Below are positions 38,502 through 47,184 of a stretch of DNA of 64,000 bases, piece after piece (the stretch's first letter is position 1; each line of letters opens with the position of its first letter). The stretch is taken from IMG/VR virus record IMGVR_UViG_3300026488_000022, positions 1 through 64,000 of that record; one strand, given 5' to 3'. This DNA is from a virus. Position numbers and translations under genes: made by a program. Under the pieces are notes generated by a model. It was not told the origin of the DNA, did no database searches, and saw only the letters and a program-made list of their open reading frames with translations.

Positions 38502-40367
38502 TTATATTATTTTCATTAATTTGTAATGTCCTACAAAAGTATTGACATTATCTTCAGGGTCTGTTGTAAAAACAGGAAAATTACGCACACTAACTACACT
38601 TGATAACCATTGACTAAACAAAACATCTCCAGAATTATCAACTTTAATCATTCTAAAATGATATACACCGTTTTTGTCTAAATTATAAATTTTATTTCTT
38701 GTAAATTTTCCTACTGGAACTAACCTACCTTGTGCCTCCTTGTTATCAGGAATATGTTTTTTAGCTGGTGATTTACTGTCTCTTGCCCAAACTTCTATAA
38801 CAAAACCATCTGGCAAATCAGTTTCTTTTGGAAACTCAGCTATATAGGCTAAATTTGGACTTGCTTTTTCTACATCAATTGTATAATCACGATTATTGAC
38901 GCCTTTATAATGACAGATGTAACGCTCAAAACCATAACTTGTATTAACTAAATCTACACTATCTAAATAATATCTAATACCTCCTTGGTCAGTAATAAAT
39001 TTAGTTATCATTTTTGGTCTTGAAATTATAAAATTTGCACCTTCTTTTCTATATAAAACAAGCTTATAATCTCCAAGACCGATTGGCTCAACATATTCAA
39101 TTTTTATTTTATCATCATCGTTTAAAGCAGAATTAAACTTTAAATGAGTTGTATAATCTGGATTTAAACTTTCAACTTGGTCGCCAAAATCCCAATCTTC
39201 AAACACCTCATCATTAACATAAACTTTAATTAAATTTCTACTTTTATAAATATATCTTTTTAAAAACAACAAATTTTTACCTGAAATATCTTCCCCTTTT
39301 CTGTAAATAAAAACTTTATTAGTCGGGTCAGCACTTAGATTAAAACTAAAAAGCTCTCCTGTTGAGGTATCCACTCCAATTACATAAGGGTTATTAGGTT
39401 TTGCTTTAGGATTTTTACCATATGCATAAAAAATAGGATTATCTTCTTTTGTAAATTGATAATTGGTTTTTTTAACAATAAAATAAGGACTTAAACTTCC
39501 AAAATCATCACCTAAAACCACATCATATTGAGCATTATCACCATAAGCACCTACTACAAGTTGTGTGTCAGTTAAATTTCCGCCTTTCCCAGCAAGATAA
39601 GTTTGGTAAAAATTATCACCATACATTGTTAAGAATACTTGTTTGGCATACGGGTCAGCTGATGTAGAGGCAGTAAAACTTGCTCCTGTATAATTATCAT
39701 CATTATTTGTATTTGTAGCATTAAATTCTACAATACCATAAGCATTTCTTTCAATATAAACTCTTTGGACGTTTTCGGTGTTTTCATTAGGTACTAATTG
39801 TTCCCCTATGCCTGTATCTGCGTCTTCTTTTTTCCAATAAGTTTTAGTATCAATAATATCACAAATATCTTTAGGTGTGTATCTCCTCACTTCATTAACT
39901 TCACAAGGATTTTGTTTTTCGGCGTCTGATATTTTATGTATCTGAACTCCAAGATAAAACCAATTTGGATTACCTTCATCATCTGTTCTTGCCTCATATA
40001 AACCAGCTTTTTTCCTATTGAAAAAAACCCAAGTTCCTGTTGCTTTTTGTACTAACCATTGCTCACCGAGATGGTCTGCTGGGTCTGGCAAATCAGCATA
40101 AGTTTCAACTTCGCCTTCCCAACCATCAAAATTTGCATTACCTCCTAAGCTAACTTCAACCCAACTAAGCAAATCGTCTTGTAATTGCCAAAATTTTTGG
40201 TCTTCTTGATTATAAACAACCATTCCTACTTTTTTTCTTAAGTCAGGAATGTTATCACGTTCTTCAGTTGTTGCTACAACACGAAAACCACCTTCTAAAT
40301 GAATATCCTCAATTAACGGATATTCACCACCGCCTGTATCAAATTTACCTGTTATTTTAATTGCCAT
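38502..40367 (-). CDS. Fibre-like virion protein
   Basis: GGFRVVATTEERDNIP...GMVVY and GEVETYADLP motifs typical of phage fibres. Confidence 0.6.
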   Translation of the reverse strand: MAIKITGKFDTGGGEYPLIEDIHLEGGFRVVATTEERDNIPDLRKKVGMVVYNQEDQKFWQLQDDLLSWVEVSLGGNANFDGWEGEVETYADLPDPADHLGEQWLVQKATGTWVFFNRKKAGLYEARTDDEGNPNWFYLGVQIHKISDAEKQNPCEVNEVRRYTPKDICDIIDTKTYWKKEDADTGIGEQLVPNENTENVQRVYIERNAYGIVEFNATNTNNDDNYTGASFTASTSADPYAKQVFLTMYGDNFYQTYLAGKGGNLTDTQLVVGAYGDNAQYDVVLGDDFGSLSPYFIVKKTNYQFTKEDNPIFYAYGKNPKAKPNNPYVIGVDTSTGELFSFNLSADPTNKVFIYRKGEDISGKNLLFLKRYIYKSRNLIKVYVNDEVFEDWDFGDQVESLNPDYTTHLKFNSALNDDDKIKIEYVEPIGLGDYKLVLYRKEGANFIISRPKMITKFITDQGGIRYYLDSVDLVNTSYGFERYICHYKGVNNRDYTIDVEKASPNLAYIAEFPKETDLPDGFVIEVWARDSKSPAKKHIPDNKEAQGRLVPVGKFTRNKIYNLDKNGVYHFRMIKVDNSGDVLFSQWLSSVVSVRNFPVFTTDPEDNVNTFVGHYKLMKII

Positions 40368-40378
40368 TTAAAAACTCC

Positions 40379-41191
40379 TTAACTGATAGTACTATCTAAT
40401 GAACTACCTTGTTGATAAGCAGTTCGCAATACTTTATATTCAATTGTAATACCATAATCATTTGTTATATTTATATTATCCAAATAAGTAAAATCAACAG
40501 CAAAACCAGACTCATTGTCACGCCAATCATTGATATTTCCCCATTCAGCTGGATAAATAACATAACAATATTTATTTGTGCTTCCTATTGAAAAACTATA
40601 ATGTCCAGCATACCCACTTTTCAAGGCACTGTTTTCAAGATTTTTAACCTCATCTTCAGTTAATGTATCATTCACTGAAGTTCCCCAATAAACTCTTGCC
40701 CTCCAATAAACACGAAAATCACGGCTAAAGATTTGCCCTTTTGTATTAATTCCACTAATTCTCCAAGTATAAGAACTGTTAATTCCGCTTGAAGTTTTAT
40801 CGTCCCCAATATCTAAATCTTCCTGTCCATCGTTTGCTAAATTATCACCTAAAATCGCATTAGCATTTACATCTTTAATTCTAATTGAGTTTTCTTGAAT
40901 GTTTTCTGAATGACTTGTAGTCCATTTAAAAGTTCTAACTCCTCCGTTTATAACTTGGCCCACTTCTAACTGCGTAACTTGTCCATCAATATAAAAACTT
41001 GTAAAAGCAGGGTATTGATAAGGAAATAAAATCATTTTTAAAACTTCACAAGGTTGTAGCCCGTTTATATCCGTTCCTGCTTCTAAACCTCCGTGTGTTT
41101 CAGGCACTGTATCCTCAGTTTGCATAACACAACCAGCTTGGTCTCCTACCCCTATATCTGGATAAATTATAGAAAATTTATTATTTGCCAT
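40379..41191 (-). CDS. Virion structural protein with Ig-like domain
   Basis: GG...GT...ILFPYQYPAF, LEVGQ, YVIYPAEWG; own late promoter. Confidence 0.55.
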   Translation of the reverse strand: MANNKFSIIYPDIGVGDQAGCVMQTEDTVPETHGGLEAGTDINGLQPCEVLKMILFPYQYPAFTSFYIDGQVTQLEVGQVINGGVRTFKWTTSHSENIQENSIRIKDVNANAILGDNLANDGQEDLDIGDDKTSSGINSSYTWRISGINTKGQIFSRDFRVYWRARVYWGTSVNDTLTEDEVKNLENSALKSGYAGHYSFSIGSTNKYCYVIYPAEWGNINDWRDNESGFAVDFTYLDNINITNDYGITIEYKVLRTAYQQGSSLDSTIS

Positions 41192-41217
41192 ACTCAGCCT
41201 TTATTAGCATTTATACA

Positions 41218-41225
41218 TATATCAG
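41218..41225 (-). promoter_or_regulatory. Putative late promoter CTGATATA
   Basis: 27 bp upstream of start 41191. Confidence 0.65.
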
Positions 41226-41270
41226 TTATATTACTCTTATAAAAAATTTTAAAATTTTTGTAAAAAACTC

Positions 41271-41299
41271 TTGACATAAAGTAAAAAATATTTTATAAT
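41271..41299 (+). promoter_or_regulatory. Consensus sigma70 early promoter (cassette type, without core element)
   Basis: TTGACA-17 bp-TATAAT with the same flanks as copies C, E, F. Confidence 0.88.
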
Positions 41300-41332
41300 T
41301 CTAAATGTAAAACAAAAAACAAAGGAGAAAAT

Positions 41333-41902
41333 ATGGCAACAATTAAACAACTTGGAGAAATTAAAGTAGTAGAAATTAGAGGGGTTGGAGAAAACATCTC
41401 CGACGAAACTAAAAGAATTTTTTTAAGTAAAAGTGGGTTAAAAATAATTGAAGAATATGAAAGAACAAAAGAAAGCAATCCTGAGGAAGCACCAAGCTGG
41501 GAAGATGTTATTAACAAGCTTGAACTTTATTTTAACAAAAACAACAAACCTATTTTAACTGCTAAAAAAGATAAAACAAAAATAACAATTAACAAATATA
41601 TTGAAAGCAGTTATAGGGGAACTTCTTATATTGAAGAAACAAGTGAAGGAGTTACAATAGTTAGCGCAACAGGTGCTGGAAGACTTGGTGAGCATACTGA
41701 ATTTATTGCTACTATACCAGAAGGATGTTATGTTATTGTTTATAGTGGTGGGAGATATCACAAAGGTTGGACTTGTTTTAAAAATGTAGAAGGAGAACTT
41801 AAAACTTATGAATTTTACAATAGAGGCAAATATGTAGAAAAACCTGATTATGAAGACGCTAAAATAGCTTTTGGATTAATGGATTGTGCTTGTGAAGATT
41901 AA
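41333..41902 (+). CDS. Hypothetical cargo protein, antisense to the late operon
   Basis: Promoter, AAGGAG RBS and 189-aa ORF converging on terL. Confidence 0.75.
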   Translation: MATIKQLGEIKVVEIRGVGENISDETKRIFLSKSGLKIIEEYERTKESNPEEAPSWEDVINKLELYFNKNNKPILTAKKDKTKITINKYIESSYRGTSYIEETSEGVTIVSATGAGRLGEHTEFIATIPEGCYVIVYSGGRYHKGWTCFKNVEGELKTYEFYNRGKYVEKPDYEDAKIAFGLMDCACED

Positions 41903-41905
41903 TTT

Positions 41906-43264
41906 TTACACGACCTGAATTTGTAAATTTTGCAATTTCCACCACCCACTTGTTAAATACCTTAAAGCACCTACGGACAAATCAAAATGTCCGTCCTTGT
42001 TTCTTTCTATTGTTTTTCCATTGCTATTTTCTTTCCAATGAGCTAATTTTAATTCTTCAATCAATTGCATACAATTTTCTGATATGAATAATTTTCCTTT
42101 TTGAAATGCCGTGTTAATGTCCCTAATGCTTTCTACTAATTGAATTGGTGCGGGTTGTGTATAGTAACTATAACTATACGCCATATCTGCCATTGTCAAA
42201 CTTGCACTTGGGTCACAAAATCTTACAATCTGCATATCAGGATTTTCACAATATCTTTGTTCTATTTCTCTAAAATGTTTAATGTGCCATTCAATAGGCA
42301 TTTGCCCCGCCATATATTCATCTAAAACATAAATATTACCAGTCATTGGCTCTATCCAAGCCATAACAAAACTTGTATTGTCCCTAAAACCAATATCAAT
42401 TCCTACTGCAAACGTATCTTTTGTTGTCATTTTATTTTTTAAATCACTAACTCTAAATACATTTTTTTCTAAATCAAAAGCATAAAATACCTGCAAATCC
42501 TCACTAAACCCACTTTGAAACTCACATAAATATTCTTGTTCAAAACTTCTTTTATCAAGTTTTGCTTTTATTGACTCAATCATTTCTTTTGTTATCATAG
42601 GATTATCATAAACTGTAACTTTTTTACAAAAATAATCGTTTCTTTGCCCACATCTTTTCCATAACTTATAAAAATCATTATCAAAAGTTCTTGGTGTTCC
42701 TATAAAATAAGTTTTAGAAAACATAAAGCCGTTTTCATCAGTACCATAATCGTTTTGTGCTGGTGAAATGTAGGTTTCCCAAATTTCAAGAACATTATTT
42801 ATACTCGCAGTTTCATCAAAAATAACTAAACTGAATTTATCTCCAAGTGCATTTTCATAATTTTTTTCTGTAACTACACGAAATTTAGCACCATTTTCTA
42901 ATGTAAATGTTAAACCTTTCATATCCTTTGATTTAAAAGGTAATTGTAGTTTATTTACATCTTTTTCAACATTACTAAAAATAGCTTGTGCATTTGCAAA
43001 TGTAGGTGTTACTAATAATATACTTGCATTAGGAATTAAAAGTTCTGACAATGCAATTTTTGACATAATTGTAGATTTACCTGCCCTTCTTGACATTAAA
43101 AAAACACCAACATTAAAATCAGCTTTTTGTATCCTATCAATTATCTCTTGTTGATATTTTGTAGGTGTAAATTCTAACAATTTTAATACTTTATTATAAT
43201 CAATTTTTCTTTTTACTTTTTTATAAAGTTCTATTTCTTGATTTACAGGTTTAAATTCTGACAT
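41906..43264 (-). CDS. terL: Terminase large subunit
   Basis: Walker A SRRAGKS, Walker B LVIFDE, GTP coupling motif, FEQEYLCEF, nuclease GIDIG. Confidence 0.95.
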   Translation of the reverse strand: MSEFKPVNQEIELYKKVKRKIDYNKVLKLLEFTPTKYQQEIIDRIQKADFNVGVFLMSRRAGKSTIMSKIALSELLIPNASILLVTPTFANAQAIFSNVEKDVNKLQLPFKSKDMKGLTFTLENGAKFRVVTEKNYENALGDKFSLVIFDETASINNVLEIWETYISPAQNDYGTDENGFMFSKTYFIGTPRTFDNDFYKLWKRCGQRNDYFCKKVTVYDNPMITKEMIESIKAKLDKRSFEQEYLCEFQSGFSEDLQVFYAFDLEKNVFRVSDLKNKMTTKDTFAVGIDIGFRDNTSFVMAWIEPMTGNIYVLDEYMAGQMPIEWHIKHFREIEQRYCENPDMQIVRFCDPSASLTMADMAYSYSYYTQPAPIQLVESIRDINTAFQKGKLFISENCMQLIEELKLAHWKENSNGKTIERNKDGHFDLSVGALRYLTSGWWKLQNLQIQVV

Positions 43265-43299
43265 TAAATCTTCCTTTTTAATAGATTGTAATTTTAAGT

Positions 43300-43307
43300 T
43301 ATATCAG
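43300..43307 (-). promoter_or_regulatory. Putative late promoter CTGATATA
   Basis: 36 bp upstream of the terL start. Confidence 0.65.
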
Positions 43308-43497
43308 TATAAAATAAAAGTAAAATTTAATTTAAGAATTCTATTATAATATAATAATAACTTTAAGGGTTTGGACACTTTTGGACAGTAGCAGAAAGCC
43401 CTAAAATTCGGACTTTTAATAACTTGCAAACATTTATAATCAGTAAAAAATGTCATTTCGGCGGTCAAGAACATTTTATAATTTTTGTAAAAAACTC

Positions 43498-43526
43498 TTG
43501 ACATAAAGTAAAAAATGTTTTATAAT
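43498..43526 (+). promoter_or_regulatory. Consensus sigma70 early promoter (cassette type)
   Basis: TTGACA-17 bp-TATAAT. Confidence 0.88.
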
Positions 43527-43557
43527 TCCAATACAAATAAAAACAAAGGAGAATAAA

Positions 43558-44022
43558 ATGGAATATAGCGTAATAATAAATCTAACTCAACATAAAGCAA
43601 CTGAAGAACAAAAACAGGCAGGTGTGATAGACCTGCCAGAAAAATATCAAACAAAATTAAGAACACTTTTAACGTTTAATGAATTACCAAATTGTAAAGA
43701 AATCACTAATAGAGCTGAAAAAATAGGAGATTTAGTTTTAGAATTTTTATCAGATAATTTAAGTCCTGTTAAAAACGAAGTTGAACAAATTTTAAAATTA
43801 GATGAAATTAAACAAATTGAAGAATTTGAAAAACTAAATTTAGGTTTTATGATAGGTGGAGCGCCTTATCTTATGGGCGCTTTAGAAGAAGAACTAAGTT
43901 ATTTTGGGACACCTTTATATGCCTTTACAAAAAGAATTGTAGAAGAAATAAAAAAATCAGACGGAACAGTAGAAAAGAAAGCAATATTCAAACACGAAGG
44001 CTTTGTTCCTGCTTGTATTTAA
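43558..44022 (+). CDS. Csx20/Csx15-like CARF-related protein; candidate cyclic-oligoadenylate ring nuclease
   Basis: NLTQH..TEEQ, MIGGAPYLM, PLYAFTKR..EE....DG...K..IFKH..F match my recollection of the Csx20 pattern. Confidence 0.55.
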   Translation: MEYSVIINLTQHKATEEQKQAGVIDLPEKYQTKLRTLLTFNELPNCKEITNRAEKIGDLVLEFLSDNLSPVKNEVEQILKLDEIKQIEEFEKLNLGFMIGGAPYLMGALEEELSYFGTPLYAFTKRIVEEIKKSDGTVEKKAIFKHEGFVPACI

Positions 44023-44546
44023 TCTTTTATAACTTGATTTAAAATATTGACAAAAACATTTCCTGTTGTTCCTAATTTTTTTCTTTCTTCTTCTTTCATA
44101 ATATCATCAAGCATTTTAGCTACATCTAAAATATCTTTGTCAGTAGCATTAGCAAAATCACCTCCTTGTTTTTCAATTTGTTCTATTTTATCTTCTAATG
44201 TTCTCATAACAACAGAAACTACAACATTTTTAGCATTTTCTTTTATTTCTTTCATAATTGCATTATAAAAATCTTTAACATAAGGTTTTGATAAAGTTCT
44301 ACTAATATATTGATATGGCAAACCAAGTTCAATTGCTATTCTTTTATTGCTATAACCTTTTGCTTTCATTTCTACAATATATCTTTCAACTGTTGATAAA
44401 GGTTTATCGAAATTAACATTTGTAAATTCTAAAACTTCAGTAGAAACTTTATTGTTTTTAACATTAGCGTCTGGTAAATTTTCTAATTCTTCTTTTTCTA
44501 CAACTGCCACAGGAGTTATTTCTTTAGTTTCTTTATTCTTCATCAA
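44019..44546 (-). CDS. Probable terminase small subunit
   Basis: HTH (GYSNKRIAIELGLP..YIS), helical body with TDKDILD, nearest same-strand gene upstream of terL; T5-like. Confidence 0.7.
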   Translation of the reverse strand: MMKNKETKEITPVAVVEKEELENLPDANVKNNKVSTEVLEFTNVNFDKPLSTVERYIVEMKAKGYSNKRIAIELGLPYQYISRTLSKPYVKDFYNAIMKEIKENAKNVVVSVVMRTLEDKIEQIEKQGGDFANATDKDILDVAKMLDDIMKEEERKKLGTTGNVFVNILNQVIKD

Positions 44547-44778
44547 AATGCCTTTTATTTACAGTATTACTAAATTTAATTACTAAATCTTTAATTACTT
44601 CATCTTCTATTTTTATTTTCTTGTTTTTTTCTTGACAAACATTACAACGTGTTTTTAATTCTAATTCTTTTAGACTTTCAACAAAAAATACATTAGAACA
44701 AGAGCAAACAACTTCATATTTTTTTAATTCTTCATTATAAACATAATCTAATAAAGGACTAATTTTATCTTTTTTCAT
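44533..44778 (-). CDS. Small zinc-ribbon protein
   Basis: CSC and CNVC. Confidence 0.5.
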   Translation of the reverse strand: MKKDKISPLLDYVYNEELKKYEVVCSCSNVFFVESLKELELKTRCNVCQEKNKKIKIEDEVIKDLVIKFSNTVNKRHFDEE

Positions 44779-44809
44779 TTTAAACCTTTTTATTAATTAT
44801 AGCTTAATT

Positions 44810-45121
44810 TCATTTTATTTTCAATTTTTTTATAATTTCTGTTTCTATTAAATATAAAAAATTAGCTCCTTTGTGAGCCATAACACCGCCTATTGCACTT
44901 GCTCCATAAACGCTTATATCCATTAAATCATAAGCAAGAATAAAACCTATTAAACCTAAAAAACTTGCATAAAATAAATCTAAAAAATATAAAAAAATTT
45001 TAGATTTTAATGATTTATTTTGTAAATCTCTTTGTGTAAAATTAATAGACGTAGCCCAAATAATAAAACCCATTAATAAAATATATGCTTTTATAGAAAT
45101 TTCATCCCACTTATTTTTCAT
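44810..45121 (-). CDS. Small membrane protein, possible second holin
   Basis: Three hydrophobic segments, A.GG..AH.G motif, own late promoter. Confidence 0.5.
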   Translation of the reverse strand: MKNKWDEISIKAYILLMGFIIWATSINFTQRDLQNKSLKSKIFLYFLDLFYASFLGLIGFILAYDLMDISVYGASAIGGVMAHKGANFLYLIETEIIKKLKIK

Positions 45122-45154
45122 CTTTTAAAACCTTTATATTTTAATGTTATTAAA

Positions 45155-45162
45155 TATATCAG
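45155..45162 (-). promoter_or_regulatory. Putative late promoter CTGATATA
   Basis: 34 bp upstream of start 45121. Confidence 0.65.
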
Positions 45163-45320
45163 TATAAAAATAAAAGTAAAATTTAATTTAAAAAACTCTA
45201 TTATAATATATAAAAACTTTAAGGGTTTGGACACTTTGGACAGTAACAAAAAGCCCTAAAATTCGGACTTTGTTGATAACGTAAATTAAATTTTAGTTGT
45301 TTTTTGTTAATTTCGGCGGT
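45155..45320. repeat. Dispersed element, copy G (unrelated 38-bp spacer)
   Basis: Left box to 45271, spacer 45272-45309, ATTTCGGCGGT at 45310-45320 inside the DUF1353 3' end. Confidence 0.93.
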
Positions 45321-45688
45321 ATAGAAGTTTTTATTATTTGAGGCAATTTATATTTAAAAAAATGATAAAATTTAACTGCATAATAAAAAAGATAACTTGT
45401 AAATTTTCCTACTTTTAAATCTAATAAGCAATTTAAGAAACATTTATCAGCCTTATCGTAGAGTTCTAAATTACAAAGATAATCGTGTAAAATAGCACAA
45501 GGTAAATAATCAGGTCTATATTTTGTATAGTTAAAAAGATATGCTATAAAAGGCACACTTGCTCCATCACTTTTAAAACCTTTTGGAATTTTTATGCTCT
45601 TATAATAAAAAGGTTTGACAACCTTAAATTTGTTATTTTTTAAAGGTTGTAACCAAACATCGCTATATTTTAACATTTTTAATTCCAA
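45293..45688 (-). CDS. DUF1353-family protein
   Basis: IPKGFKSDGASVP...AILHDYLC...AD..F. Confidence 0.85.
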   Translation of the reverse strand: MELKMLKYSDVWLQPLKNNKFKVVKPFYYKSIKIPKGFKSDGASVPFIAYLFNYTKYRPDYLPCAILHDYLCNLELYDKADKCFLNCLLDLKVGKFTSYLFYYAVKFYHFFKYKLPQIIKTSIPPKLTKNN

Positions 45689-46194
45689 GAAATATTTATT
45701 ACTTCTTTAATAGAAGTAGCATTATAAATTGCTTTTCTTAAGCTGACTTTTTTACTCCATAAAGTTGAATAATTTATACCAAGTTCTGTTAGCATTTTTT
45801 TGACTTCAGCAAGTTCAAGTTCGTGGTCCTGATTATAATAATCACCAACCAACATTGTACTCATACCTAATGTTTCAGCAAGTTCAATTCCCGCTTTTAA
45901 TTTTTGTATATCTAAAAAGTCGCAATCCATAGTTATACCATTAGAGCATTTATAACCATTTTTAATATGAAAATTAAAAGCTTTTTTAATTTCTTCAATT
46001 TTTAAATCTTTAGCTTTTTCTAATATTAATTCTTCATCAGGAATAATATTTCCGTTTTCATCTAATTTATAAAACGGATATAATGCTTGTGGTAAATTAT
46101 CAGTGACTAAAAAATTTTCTTTATTAATATAATCTTCTTCGTTTGATACTTCAACAGGAATTAACCTTTTTTCATCATTTATAAAAAATACCAT
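45679..46194 (-). CDS. Tail fibre assembly-like protein (DUF4376-like)
   Basis: K..KI.EIK, DYYNQ, K..LRKAI..A.S..EV..ISW. Confidence 0.7.
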   Translation of the reverse strand: MVFFINDEKRLIPVEVSNEEDYINKENFLVTDNLPQALYPFYKLDENGNIIPDEELILEKAKDLKIEEIKKAFNFHIKNGYKCSNGITMDCDFLDIQKLKAGIELAETLGMSTMLVGDYYNQDHELELAEVKKMLTELGINYSTLWSKKVSLRKAIYNATSIKEVINISWN

Positions 46195-46195
46195 T

Positions 46196-47170
46196 TTACT
46201 CTCCTTGAATTAAATATAAAATTTTAACTTCATCATCATTTAAATTTCTTGTGAATATCCTAACATCATCAATTGTTCCGCTTTGTCTATAACCCGCATT
46301 TCTGCCCCAACCAAACAAATATAAAGTATCGTTAAAAACCATACTATATCTGTTAATTGTGCCACAGTTTTGAGCTAAGTTTTGCTTTTCACCGTTAAGG
46401 TAAATATCGCCATATTCTCCCTTTCTAAAATTAACTGATAAATGCACCCACTGATTTTTATATTTTAAAAAATTAAAACCAAAATTATCGCTATTAGCAG
46501 TATTAAAACCAAGTTTTCCATTTCTGCAAATATAAATATCACATTCTTTAAAACCAAATGGCATAGTATAATCCCTGCCATTCCATTTAAACCACATTGA
46601 AATATTTAACTCTTCTGTATTTACATTAAAAGGTAAATTTTTTATTTGAATTTGTCCCCAATCAGAATAAACAGCTAAATTTTCTTTACCTTCAACGTAT
46701 CTTATGCCTCCTACTATTGTTCCTCTATATTTTCCGCTAACATCAAGGACATTTCTATTAAATTTAAACAAAGCAATACCACTACCATCGCCAAAAACAT
46801 CAACTTTTTCAAAAGGCGGAACATTCATAATTGTTGTTCCTTTATTTCCTACCCAAATGTTATCATTATTATCATTTTTAACACATTCAAACATTTCTGA
46901 AGTTTGAATATTATACCATTTAAAACCTTTAAAAGCCGGGTTAAAATTAACAGTAGGATTTTCTAAACTTATAATGTTAGCTATATTTTTAGTAATTTTA
47001 TCTACTACTTTTAGTTTGCCGTTATTTATTAAATCTCTTGCTTTTTGGTTTTTTACATCTTCTTTTAAATAACATTTATAAACAACATTTTGACGTTCGA
47101 TATTTAAAATTACAATTAAATCATCTTTTTTTCCGGTTATTAAACTATCTAAATTTTCTATATAAAACAT
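46196..47170 (-). CDS. Fibre/receptor-binding protein with LamG-like domain
   Basis: ISMWFKW, QWVHL, IYLNG, GTIDDVRIFTRNLNDDEVKILY. Confidence 0.75.
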   Translation of the reverse strand: MFYIENLDSLITGKKDDLIVILNIERQNVVYKCYLKEDVKNQKARDLINNGKLKVVDKITKNIANIISLENPTVNFNPAFKGFKWYNIQTSEMFECVKNDNNDNIWVGNKGTTIMNVPPFEKVDVFGDGSGIALFKFNRNVLDVSGKYRGTIVGGIRYVEGKENLAVYSDWGQIQIKNLPFNVNTEELNISMWFKWNGRDYTMPFGFKECDIYICRNGKLGFNTANSDNFGFNFLKYKNQWVHLSVNFRKGEYGDIYLNGEKQNLAQNCGTINRYSMVFNDTLYLFGWGRNAGYRQSGTIDDVRIFTRNLNDDEVKILYLIQGE

Positions 47171-47184
47171 AAAAACTCCTTATT

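Larger units (their letters stand above)
43300..43557. repeat. Dispersed element, copy F, with promoter/RBS extension
   Basis: Near-identical to copy E. Confidence 0.97.
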
